Shown in pieces: positions 10,991 to 21,896 of a stretch of 30,883 bases of DNA (within the stretch, counting starts at the first letter, position 1; each line of letters starts with the position of its first letter). The stretch lies in assembly GCA_027604505.1 (NCBI GenBank), contig JADIIX010000050.1:124001-154883 (forward strand), given 5' to 3'. The position numbers and the translations under genes are program-made. This DNA comes from Gonapodya sp. JEL0774 (lineage: Eukaryota). The notes under the pieces were generated by a model. The model made no database searches and was not told the origin of the DNA. It worked only from the letters and a program-made list of their open reading frames with translations.

Positions 10991-12467
10991 CTATTTTTTC
11001 GCCAGAACTTCTTGTGGAGCATCTTGTCCGCCGCTGACGTGTTCGATCAATGTATCACCATTCAGAGACGAAAAATTGGAATTGGTCTTTCCAGTCACTC
11101 ACAAGGTTGTCCACGAGACGACATTATCAATGGGAGCGATTGCGGGCCAAGATATCCCGTTTCTCTTCCGTAGAACCACCTCAACTTTTGTTGAAAGAAA
11201 GGTGTATTTGGACTCGGCCGGGTCAATGGGTTGCGAAAGAGTGGTATCATATATGAAGTACGTTCCGTCCAGAAATTGGAGGTTGACCTTGAGCTGTGAA
11301 ACAAAGAGCACATGAGGAGGCGGGGTTCTCCGCTGCAACCGAAAAATACTAACAGCTTGGCCCTCAAAAGATATGGACGACTTTTCCTTATCTATCTTCT
11401 TGGCATAAAAGCTGATGTGAACGGTCGTTTGAGTTTGGTAGAAGTCGTGGCGACATTGCACCCGTTGCTTCACTGGCTGAACGAGACAAAACGATCAAAA
11501 CGCACTTTCACGCGCCGAAGTTTTGAGCGATGGATTGCTCGCAACATTGCATACCTTCACATCCACGAACCGGTGCTTGCCAGTCTTGCATCCTTTGATC
11601 TTTAGGAACTCTTCAAACTCGAGCACCTTCCGAGAGCAGCACGAGTAACCTTTGCTTCCCTCATGGAATATGGCTTCTCCTGGGTGAAACTGAGGGTTTC
11701 CAATGGTCGTGATGCGTTAAAATTTTCAATGTTCAAAGGTCTGATGAAATGGTGCGACCTTGCTCATCTCACCACACATTCATCTTCCCTGGACGAATTG
11801 TCCTTGTAAGTGGCACCGCAAGTCTTTCGTTTGCACTGAGTTCCAACCTCAATGACAGCATCTGGCGCATCATTTAAATCTTCTTCCTTCATCTGAGGTT
11901 CGGTGTTCTCTTGGGGTGCATCTTGGGCTGTTTCCAGCTTCGGGGCACGAGGGTTTGCTGCTCCCGCAAGACCACCTGCGTTGCCATAAGTTTCAACGCC
12001 GGACTCAGATTTTGATACAAGTGATGGGCCTGTTGGGACCGCTGTGGGTTGAGACTTGGAAACGTTCCCGGAGGGTTTGGGTGCAGAAGAAGACGTGGAG
12101 GTGGCATCTGGGACAGGCTCATGCCTGCCAGCAGTACATCCTGGGCTAGATGAAGCAATAGAGTAGCAGTAGCTCATGAATCGTGAGACAAATCGGGAAG
12201 GAAAGGGGGGGAACTGTATGGAAGGATACGCTCACATTGCAAGGAATTCGTCGAAGCTCACGACCCGTTTCTTGCAGCAGTTCCATCCTTTCATGCCCTC
12301 GTGAAAGATAGGCCCTTTTCAAGCATAGAGATGCAATTCCGGTTTGAAACCTCTGGGGAAACCTGGAGCACCTGAATCTCACCCCCGGGATGATATTCGC
12401 AGGCAGTGTCACTATTTTCATCTTCGTTGTATGTCTTCCCACATCCCTTGTGTCCACATATAACCAT
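10991..12467 (-). CDS. CHORDC1: CHORD-CHORD-CS Hsp90 co-chaperone (Chp1/CHORDC1)
   Basis: MVICGHKGCGKTY...CEYHPG..PIFHEGMKGWNCCKKRV..FDEFL..PGCTAGRH; second CHORD CKRKTCGATY...HPGEAIFHEGSKGYSCCSRKVLEFEEFL; CS domain CRHDFYQTQTTVHISFYAKK...TKVEVVLRK. Confidence 0.95.
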
Positions 12468-12606
12468 CGTCTGAACTTTCAGGGTGGGATTGAGTCTGTG
12501 ATGATTCTTGGCTGCCGAACCGAGCGCCGCAGTCCATACAAAGAGCGGGCCATCTTGTGAGTGGAACCACATATAAAATACCAAACCCCCGCGTGGCCCA
12601 CCCTGG

Positions 12607-15374
12607 ATGTGGCGTGAACAAGGCCGACTCCCGCCTTTGTTTGCAGGAGATAATCAGGCTGGACGAAGGAATCAGCGGTGAGTCTTCTCCCCACTGCAGG
12701 CTCTTGGTGTCACCAGGCGCTGAACAAGCCTTCTGAAAGATACGAGGATGCCTACCCGACTCCACCGCGATTTCCTCAGTCTCGTAACTTCTCTGGTCCA
12801 AATAGTCGCATGACGCTGTCGCAGGGCTTTCGGAAACCCCATCTGCCATTCGCGCCAACCCGGCGGGAACACTACGGACCAATATTGTCCCCTCTGCCGC
12901 CTGTTCATTTCCCTAACAGTTTTTCGTCGGCGTCATCACCCGCCTATGGCAGCCGGCCGTCCCGGCCACCGCAATGGGACATGGGTCCGAGAACTGCGCC
13001 TGGTAGTTACTCGGAACAGAGGTTCATTCAGCAGCACCCGGTCATCAGGAACCATCAATCTCATCGGCTCTTCCCCCCCGTCGAAGGGCGGACTCGAGCT
13101 GAGCCGCCCCCAGCTGTCACGGGGGACAAGAGAAAGTTTTCCGTGGTCGAGCAGGACGATTCCAACGATTCAATAGACATTGAAAAAATTCTCGATACTT
13201 GGGTGGACCCGAAAGTTGAAGTAGATTCTCGCATTGTACCTGCTGTGGAAGTGGAGGATTCTTCCACAAGTGAAAGTGAAGGGGAAGATGAGGAGGACTT
13301 GGATGTGGAAGCAGCTGAGGAACAGATTGACCGGCTTGATGCACTCATTTCTCATTGGGAGCGTCTGTTGGAACGACGACGAGAGCTAGATAAGGCCGAG
13401 CAAGAAGAAAAGCGGGCCAAAGAGGTCGTTGTCCCACAGGATGTGGTAGACTCTGTGGAGCCGAATGAGATGGTCACCGAAGGTAATTCGGTCGGGCTTA
13501 CCAAGAACTCCACTGAAAATGATCAGGAGCAAGTGTCGGCCGTCTCTGTGAAGGTTGATCGCGTCGAAACCCCGTCGCAAACGCCTGCAACGGAGAGTGA
13601 GGATCGCTCTTGTGAAGAAACGCAGCGTCTCTTGGCGGAACACGAATCGGTACTTGACTATAATCGAATGCTCGCACAAAAACATGTGGTTCATTCCGGA
13701 GAGGATACTTCGCATCAAAGTGTTTTTGCGTCTTTTCAGCTACCGAACCACTCCTTACCTTCATCTTTCATCATTGACAATCTTGTACTTCCTCATCGAA
13801 ACGCTTTGAAAGCGAAAATCGAGGAGCTGCGGCTTGAGTATGAGTCTCGTTTGAAGGCGTACAAACGGAAAGTCGCACGCTTGAACAGTCGACGGACATT
13901 CGGTGAGAGCATGTTCGGCTACCAAGGGCCCAATCCCCCCGCGCTCACCCCGAGTGGCAATGAGGCCGTTGGGAGTGGGCCATCCGGTACCCACCACCAG
14001 AGCTACTCTTCGCGAAGTCGACGAGGCGGTGCGTCGGACATGGTGCGCTCCGAGGCCGAGTTTGAGGCTATTTTGCGACAACTTCAGCAATCGGAACCGG
14101 ACCCTGCCGAGGCCAAGCAGGACCGGTGGGCCAAGAATGTGGACATGGTTCTGGATCCTCAGCTGAGGGCTGCTATGGAGATCGACGACCGGTCCAGGTT
14201 GGTAGAGGATCCCGTAAAAGAATTGGACAATCAACGGGCGATGTCAGATGAGGGGTGGACCGGGGCCGAGAAGTACATTTTCAGGACGAAGCTCGCGCAG
14301 TACGGAAAGGACTTCAACATCATTTCAAAGTATCTACCGAACAAGAGCACCCAAGACTGTGTCTTCTTCTATTACCGGGGGAAGTACCTCGACGGTCTCA
14401 AAGATGCTGTGCGTCGCCACAAGATCATGACCGGCCAGGGCCGGCGAAAGAAGCAAACGCAGCCCAAGCCCGCCAAACCGCCCGACAGAGCGTTGATGGA
14501 TCACGACGGTGGCGAGGACTTTGACGCACCCCCCGTGGGACGGACACGTGGGTCCAGAACCGAAGACAGCGCGTACAACCCGCCGGGCGGGCGAGCCGCG
14601 CGGGCGAAACAGCGGGCGGCGACCCAGGCTGCCGCTGCGGAAGAGGAAGAAGCAGCAACAGCAACAAGAATGGAGGATGGGTTCGAAGGGGATGAAGGGG
14701 ACGAAACGGTGACGTGGACCTCTGAGGAACAGGACCTGATCATGTCGTGCTTTCGGCGGTACGGCAAGGACTTTGCAGCGACTGCGGAGCACATTGAAGG
14801 GAAAACGGAGCGGGACGTGCGGATGTTTTTCAACAGCCAGAAGCGGCGGTTGAAGCTCACGGAGCTGGTCAAGGAGGCTGAGTCGGAGAAGAAGGGCAAG
14901 AAGGGGCGTTCGGGGAGGGACAAGAAGAAGGGGAAGCGCAAGACGGGGGCGAGCGAGGAGGGTGGCGGGGGCGGGGGCGGGGGCGGCAGCGGCGGCGGCA
15001 CAGTGGAGATGGAGGGTGCTGGAGAGGCGATGGAAGGGGTGGAAGTCTCGGATTCCGCCCCCGACAGCAAATCCACGACGCACACCATCATGGCCGCCGC
15101 CCAGGCGCTGCAGGGGCTCCTCGAGCAGTCTCGCGGGCCCGGTGACGGTGACGGCGACGGCGACGGCGGGGACGACGGGGAAGGCGGCGGCGGGAACGGC
15201 GACGGCGACGGTGACGGCGCGGGGTACGGGGAGGTCGCGCACGGCGGGGCCGGTGCACGCGAGGGGCGTGGTGGTCTGGCCGGTGGCGGCGGTGTCGGTG
15301 GCGGTACTGAACACATGGCCACCGAACAAGACGGGGAGGGCACCGTGGTGGACGAGGGGAGGTCGTTGCGGTAG
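12607..15374 (+). CDS. SNT1: Snt1/NCoR-like dual SANT-domain HDAC co-repressor subunit
   Basis: Long ORF 12678-15374 with DMVRSEAEFEAIL, SANT1 (WTGAEKYIFRTKLAQYGKDFNIISKYLPNKSTQDCVFFYY) and SANT2 (WTSEEQDLIMSCFRRYGKDFAATAEHIEGKTERDVRMFF). A short first exon 12607-12677 joins in frame via intron 12678-12739. The C-terminus abuts low-complexity sequence and may be unreliable. Confidence 0.85.
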
Positions 15375-15458
15375 TAGGGGGAAGGGAGCGGGCAGCGCGG
15401 TGGGTGGTGGGTGGTGGAGGGGAAGGAGGGAGGACGGTGGTAGGCGGCGTGGCGGCAT

Positions 15459-15599
15459 CGCGGCGCGGGGGGGGGGGGGCGGGCGGGCGGCCGCGGCGGC
15501 GCGCGGGCGCGCGCGGGGGCGGCGGGGCGCGCCGCGCGCCCCGCCCCGCCCGCCCCGCCCCCCGCGCCCCCCCCGCCCGCCCCCCCCCCGCCGCCGGGG
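15459..15599. repeat. G/C-only low-complexity quasi-palindrome
   Basis: About 140 nt with no A or T; G-rich left half and C-rich right half, centred near ggggcgcgccgcgcgcccc. Confidence 0.85.
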
Positions 15600-15925
15600 A
15601 GAGGAGTGTGTGAGGGTGTGAGGATGCCGAGACAAGGGGTACGGTTGCACCGTGTACATTGTGTAATAGCTTTTTGACATGACAAATTTTATACCCCATT
15701 TTTTTTATTATTTTTTTTATTTGACTTCTTTTGTTTTTGGTGGGGGCGGCCGGGGGGGGTGGTGTGGGCGTGGGTTGTGGGCGTGGGGTGTTGTGGGGAG
15801 CACGAACGATCAACAATGGTTGAGTGATGCGTCGATGCCCGGTGGTAGGGTCTGGCGAACTGAACGGAAAGAGCGGGACAGGGGCACATGGACAAGGAGA
15901 ACACGACTGCGCACCACTCTGCAAG

Positions 15926-15954
15926 ACACACACGCACGCACACACACACACACA
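15926..15954 (+). repeat. Imperfect (CA)n microsatellite
   Basis: acacacacgcacgcacacacacacacaca read directly. Confidence 0.85.
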
Positions 15955-16241
15955 AGGGGGCCAGCCAGGTCCACCACTCCTCGCCAACAAAGTGCAAACG
16001 GTGCATGTTCCATGCTAACCACCCTGCTCACCCCGCCTTCCATACACATACACGACAACATGACAACATGCTGGGTCTGGGCTGTGGGTGTATCGTTTGG
16101 TTTGGTTGGTTGGGGTTCGCTGGTGCAGTGAGTGTGCACACGGGGCACGCACCAACCAACCAACCAACCCGATTCGAATCCCCCCGCACCCCCCGCACCA
16201 GCCCCACTCCCCCACCACCCCGCCCCGCCCCAACCAATGCT

Positions 16242-17371
16242 CTATTCCTCCTTTGCCGCCTTGCGTGCCTCGATGATACCCTTCTTTGCGAATCGCTGGT
16301 TGCGGAGGAACTTGGGGTCGACCTGGAGGGGGGGGAGGACGAGGGAGGGAGGGTGGGGCGGGGGACGCGGGAGGGAGGGGGAGAGGGAAGAGGTCAGTGA
16401 GGTGTGGTGTTGTGAAACCAGCCGTGTCGGGGTCTGTGTTCTGTGTTCCCCGAGTTCTCGAGTTCCCGAGTTCCCTTTTCCCAAGTCCTGGTGCGTGGTG
16501 TCGTTGTCGTGGTGACCCGTGTGTCTCCCTCCTTGCACTTTTCCCTTTTCCTCCTTGCTCATTTCCCTTTTCCGTCGTCCCGCCTACCCTTTGAGGGGTG
16601 TGGTGTTGTGAAGCCCGCCGTGTCGGGGTCTATCTTCCAAGTTGCAGAGCTCCCGAGTTCCCGAGTTCCCGAGTCCTGGTGCGTGGTGTCCTTGTCGTGG
16701 TTCCCCGTGTGTCGCTCCAGTGCCTTCCCGCCGTCCCGCCTTCCCTCCTTAAGTCTTCCCTCGTTCCCTCGTTCCCTCCTTCCCGCCGTCCCTCCTTCCC
16801 GCCTTCCCGCCTTCCCTCCTTCCCGCCTTCCCTCCTTCCCGCCTTCCCGCCGTCCCGACTTCCCGGCTTCCGGCTTCCCGCTTTCCTCTTTCCCCGTTCC
16901 CCCCGAAACCACCCCACCAACCACCAAGTACAACCAATCTCAACTCACCCCCTTGAGGGACGGGTGTCGTTGGCGCTTGGCCTTCTTGATACCGTTGCGG
17001 TGGGCCTTGCGGTCTGATGTGTGCGTGTGTGGTGGGTGGGAGGAGGGAGGGAAGGGAGGGAGAGGAGGGATGAGTGAGTGTGAGAGGGGATGAGGGGATG
17101 GGATAGAAGGGAAGAAGAAGAAGAGAAAAACCGACTTTGGTTGTGGTTCTGAATGTGGAGGGAGGGAAGAGAAGAGGGGTTGGTTGGTGGGTTGGTGTGG
17201 GAGAAGGAGAGGAGGAGGAGAGAGGACTCACCGTGTGGTTCTTGCTAGAAGGGGCAAGGGAGTGGAGTTGAGGAGGGAGCAGCAGGGGAGGGGGGTAAGG
17301 GGGGATGAGGGAGTTGAGAGGGGAGGAAAAGACAGGAGAGAGAGAGAGACAGCAACAGACCTCTTTGCCAT
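16242..17371 (-). CDS. RPL29: 60S ribosomal protein L29 (eL29); exons 17371-17361, 17244-17232, 17148-17136, 17013-16949, 16322-16242
   Basis: Splices to MAKSKNHTNHNQNRKAHRNGIKKAKRQRHPSLKGVDPKFLRNQRFAKKGIIEARKAAKEE*, canonical eL29. All four introns are GT-AG. Confidence 0.96.
16402..16718. repeat. Two diverged copies of a ~120-130 bp element (approx. 16402-16530 and 16598-16718) in RPL29 intron 4
   Basis: Both copies share gtgtggtgttgtgaa..c.gccgtgtcggggtct, internal (cccgagtt)n units, and gtcctggtgcgtggtgtc.ttgtcgtggt..cccgtgtgtc. Confidence 0.9.
16722..16882. repeat. Degenerate 8-bp tandem repeat (ccttcccg/ccttccct; GGGAAGGC/GGGAAGGA on the RPL29 sense strand)
   Basis: Array of ccttcccg, ccttccct and ccgtcccg units read directly. 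Confidence 0.85.
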
Positions 17372-17924
17372 TGGGAATCAACTGTGGGAGAGTGTGGGAG
17401 AGGGGTTGAGAGGTTGAGGGGGAGTGGTGGAGTGGGGGAGTCGAAGAGAGGAGGGAGGGAGGGAGGAAGGGAGGGGGGAAGGGGGGAAGGAGGAAGGGAG
17501 GGAGAGTGAGTGGGGGGACTGCACACCCTCCACACCCGCCCTCCCCTCTCCACCTTCCCCTCCACCTTCCCCCCTCCCACCCCCTGATTCCACGCTGATT
17601 CCACGTGCGAGTGCGGCCTCTGCTCCACTCTCACTCACTCTGCCGATGGAATCTGCTGTGCTGCGCTCTTGACGATCGATGGATGTGGATGGATCGATCT
17701 GGTGTACAGGCTCACCAACCCGCGACCACAGCACCCCTCCCCTCCCCCCCTAACCCCCTCTCTCTCTCCTCTCAATATCCCCCCATCCCTCTCCTCTATT
17801 CAATCTCCCTCTCCATCCATTTGAATTTGCTTTCCTATTTATTATCCACCCCCCCGCATATCCCTTATTACTCTCTGTCGTGTCTCTATTACATTCCCTT
17901 CATCCTCCTCCCTCCCCCCTTCCC

Positions 17925-20771
17925 TTCACGTGATGTACACCTTCCGCGCCTGCGAAATCGGAAACACTGCTCCCGTCCGCGCACACCGCACCTGCCCATC
18001 GTTCTTACTGGCCGATTCTAAAATTGCCTATCCAGTTCGAGTGTCGCATGAGTTGCAGTGTCGCACGAGTTGCAGTGTCGCATGAGGCGGTTGTCCACCA
18101 CCACCACAGGTATACAGTGGTGCCGGGGTCGGGGTGCCAACGAACAACGCAATGGTGTTTGTCAGCCTCCCACCCAACTCTCTGAACCCTCCAACCCTCC
18201 TTCCCTTCCCTCCCACCAAACCCCCCTCCCCCCCCCCCCCAAACCAAAAAGAAAAACCCACCTTCTCCGAATACACATACCCATTCGGCAGTACCATGGG
18301 CTGATTCCTCTCGTCCATCACCTCCCCCGTCACCCGACACACCAGCGTCGAGCACACCCGATGACTCCGCGGCAACCGTTCCGCCAACGCGCCAAACGTA
18401 CTCATGTCGCACGTCGGGCAGTTGGCCGTCCGGTTCTCCTGCTGGCTGCACATGGGCGTCTTGAGCGCCGACAGTCCGGCTTGCAACGTCGATTCCAGCA
18501 GGGGAAGCATCGTCAGCGAGTTGAGCGCAAAGTTGTCGCTACGGAATTGGGAAACCAATGTCGTCCACCGCGTGGCCGAGAACAGGGTCTAGACGGTCGA
18601 GTCGGTAAGAGCAGGTTCAAATCACACCATCCCCACCGCCGTGTGTCCAGTCCCATCCCTACCATCCCCACCACCGTGTGCACAGTCCCATACCTACCAT
18701 ATATATAACGCAGTCCCATCCCCCCAATCCGCGCTCATCCTGCCCCCCTTCCACCTTCCCCCTTCCCCCTTCCACCTTCCACCTTCCACCTTCCCCCACC
18801 ACTCCCCGTACCCCGGTACCCCCGGCTACCCCCGCTAACCCACCTTATACCTCTCACACCCGGTCCCCTCTTTAAACGCCAGGAGCGCCATCGCCCTCTG
18901 TACCTCGTCCAAGTGCCCTCCTTCTGCCTGCGCGTGGGGGGCCAGATGCTTGCGCGCGTACGAGAGGGCATCGGACGTCTTGCGGGCGCGCACGAGCTCG
19001 ATGTAGTCTTGCAGGCGCAGCTGGAACTCGAGGGTGCTCTTTTTGGGGGGGGGGGGGGGGGGGGTGGTGGGGGTAGGTGGGGGGGGCGGCCTGTGGTGAC
19101 GTAGGCTGACGGGGACAAGNNNNNNNNNNCCCCCCCCCCCCCCCCGACGCGGGGGGACGGGTCAGATGGTGTCGTAGGATACACGCGACACTGAGCGTGG
19201 GACCCGATGGCATTCGGATGCTCCACGCAACTGTGACCACTGTGTGACCCCCCACGTCCACGTCCCGCACGACCCCCCCCACGACCCATAGCGAACGCGG
19301 GTTTACCTTGATCTTCTTCAGACCGGACCTGTTGTCGGCACACCAGGCCAAACACTCTGCGGAACTCTTGGCCTCGAGCGAAGCCTCGATGGTGCGCGTT
19401 TGGGTGAAGAGATCGATGTCGGCCAGGGGCTGGGGTGGGGTGCGGGTCGGGGGTGGGGGGCGGGGGGGGGAGTCCAGGGCGGCGCAGGGGACCGATGGGA
19501 AGTTTGAGAGATGCACGATGAGGAATGCACAGCGGAGCAGGGCTCTTTGGGGCTTCCAAGCGTGATTCGGCGTACACCGTACCCCGCTCCGCTCCCAGTC
19601 CCCCCACCCCCACCCCCCCCACGCACCTCAATCCCCCCAGCCGCCGCCACCATTCCCGCGGTACCACCCCACCCCCTCCTGAGCAAGTACTCCACCAGCA
19701 CCCTGTCCAGCCTGACTTTACACCACCGTGCGTACTCGGGCGAGTCGGACGAAGGGACCGACGCGAGCTCGTCGAGGTGGGACAGGCGGTGGCGGGTGCG
19801 GGAGAGGGAGGCCGATTCGTCGGATTTGGTTTCTTGGAGCTGGGGAGGGGGGGGGGGCGGCAAAAGGGGAATGGCGGGGATGAGGGGAGAGGGATGTGAG
19901 GTTGGCTGAGAGATTTGAAGCGGGTGACGGAATGGAGACATGCTCTCAAATGCGACTTTGCTCAAGTTGGTGGCCTCTGGCTCTCATATGCCATGTCCGA
20001 GTCGGCCCGTCCATGAACATCCCACATCCCCCCAGCCTGAACCTCTCCACTTCTCCACCACCCACCGCACCTTCCTCTTCAGCTTCTGCATCCTCTCAAT
20101 CATGCTATTCAACTGCGCGGCCGCCTCTTCCGCCGTCACGCCCTTCTTTTCCGCGTCGTCCGTCCCCGTCCCCGTCCCATCCGACCCCGGTGCAGGTGCA
20201 GCTTTGGCAGCGAGCTCAGACGCTTGCGTCGCTAGCTGGGTAAGTTCACGCTCGGTGAGACGTTGGGATGTCCGTAGGGTTTTGCGGATTTGCTCCAGGG
20301 GGACCTGCGGGGAGACCGGGGTAAGTAGGGGGCCGATGGTGGAAGATGGGTGGACCAAGCACGGGGAGACGGGGAGGGAGAGCAATTTTGAATCAGCCTT
20401 TATGTATCCACGAGAATGAAACGCGGGGTGCCAAGGCGGCTTTGTCTTGCCGGGCTGTTCAACTGCGCGCAACGAGCCCACGACGCCAACGATCGCCAAC
20501 AATCACAACCATGACGCAGAATCCGCACAGAAGCCAGTCCCGTTTCGCGGCTTCGTCCTTTCTCTCCCCAAATTTTAAATTCACTCGGTCCACTTGTCCC
20601 TCCACGGCCAGCGCGCCCGCCCCTCCAGTCGCTACCGCATCTGCTCTCGTGACCTCATTCCCACCCAGGTCCCGCCCCTTGAAGGGCTCCAGATATATTC
20701 TCACGCACCGAAATCAGAGGCTGCTCGAGCTGAAGCAGCGCTTCGATGTTCAGTTTTGTCTTGTCCGCCAT
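17925..20771 (-). CDS. FYV10: GID/CTLH E3 ligase subunit Fyv10/Gid9 (MAEA); exons 20771-20709, 20304-20071, 19839-19627, 19429-19307, 19038-18844, 18588-18262, 18027-17925
   Basis: LQLEQPLIS/VPLEQIRKTLR, LisH (RLDRVLVEYLLRRG), CTLH (CLAWCADNRSGLKKIK/STLEFQLRLQDYIELVR), CRA, and degenerate RING (LQAGLSALKTPMC...CPTC...LVCRVTGEVMDERNQPMVLPNGYVYSEK...KVYIT*). Confidence 0.95.
18040..18086 (+). repeat. 17-bp tandem repeat (agtgtcgcaYgagttgc), about 2.7 copies, in the last FYV10 intron
   Basis: agtgtcgcatgagttgc / agtgtcgcacgagttgc / agtgtcgcatgag read directly. Confidence 0.85.
19120..19129. other. Assembly gap (10 N) within FYV10 intron 4, flanked by homopolymer runs
   Basis: Run of n characters next to poly-C and poly-G tracts. 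Confidence 0.99.
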
Positions 20772-21896
20772 GTCTGGGGATGGTCGAGAGCCCGATGCAA
20801 CCCTAGTGTGGGGATTTGTGGGCCAGGGGCGCTACCGTACCCAGATGAGCCCAGGTTCACGTCGACCCATCTGTTCCCCTATACATAAGATGGACACTAA
20901 ATAAATTTGCTTCGGATTCTCTTTTGACGGAAATGATCGAAAGGACACGGGATGATTATAAAGTGTGACAATGGTTGCGCGATAATGGTAAAAGATTCAT
21001 AGCTGTCAACAAGCTGTGATGTAATAGTATGGAAGCTGTTTTTCTGATTGAGTGTGCTCCCAAATGCCTGCGATTGGTTTCGTTGGAAGATTCCCGACGG
21101 CACTCCGACTGGAAGTCTTCCGTGTGATTCAACGAAACCGAGCCCGTCCGTCATTCTTCACGTATCTAAATGGGTGGGGATTGCCAAAATTATGCAGCTC
21201 TTTGACTCTTCGAGATACCATAGTCTCTGAATCGGGGGCCGAAGAACCGCGGGCGCCAAACATGCATACCGTGTATATCTGGTTGGAATCTTCACTGAAA
21301 CGATGAGCCTCCAGTTCTGCTTCAGATTACCCTGTGTAGCTTTGGAAGAATTCTCAGCACAAGATCAACATCGGCAGCGTCAAATCAAAAAAAAAAGGAC
21401 TTGGTGATGTGCACAATGATGTACAATAAACTTGTCACGCATTGATTGGTGCTGGGACCATCGCCTTGGCCACTTCCCTCCTCACAGGCTCGAGTCTTCG
21501 CCTTCCGCCCCAGTTCCCCTAAGACCCCATTCAGGCAGACACGTTTCTGCCCTACGCTATTCTGCGGGCCTTCCCCTATTGTGAGCGACGCTTCTCCGCC
21601 GGCCGCCGTTTTACCAGCAATCAGCATTTGTAATCAGCTGGCGACAACACCGACGACGGGCGCAAATCCGACGAGGAAGGAAAGGCGGAAAAGAACCGAT
21701 CGCGGACCGTGTAGCAATCTAGAACCCCAAAACGAGAGGAACTTTCCAGCACGCAGCTGCATTGTGGCGAGATTCCAAACTGGCTACATAAAGTCTCCAC
21801 GAGTCGCCGTCGCTCTCAGTCCCGACCCCTAGTCGTGGACCCGATCCCACATATACACTATACACTGTTTTTGAGTACTATCCAGGTGTCGCAGCA

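Noticed and set aside
16402..16882. Repeats considered as a CRISPR-like array or a TPP riboswitch
   Set aside because: Only two long copies, no regular unique spacers, no cas genes, eukaryotic intron context, and no TPP consensus (CTGAGA...ACCTGAT).
17600..17730. Possible ribosomal-protein promoter motifs upstream of RPL29 (ctgattccacg x2, gatggatgtggatgga)
   Set aside because: No clear match to Rap1 or Homol-D consensus; cannot be supported from one locus.
14255..17734. Many long Pro/Gly/Arg-rich ORFs on both strands (e.g. 448 aa, 394 aa, 300 aa)
   Set aside because: They are shadows of SNT1 and of stop-poor GC-rich low-complexity DNA, with no domain content.
20790..21800. Spacer examined for snRNA, tRNA or telomerase RNA
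   Set aside because: No U1/U2/U4/U5/U6 signatures, no cloverleaf, and no CTAACCCTAA-type template; only the hairpin reported above.
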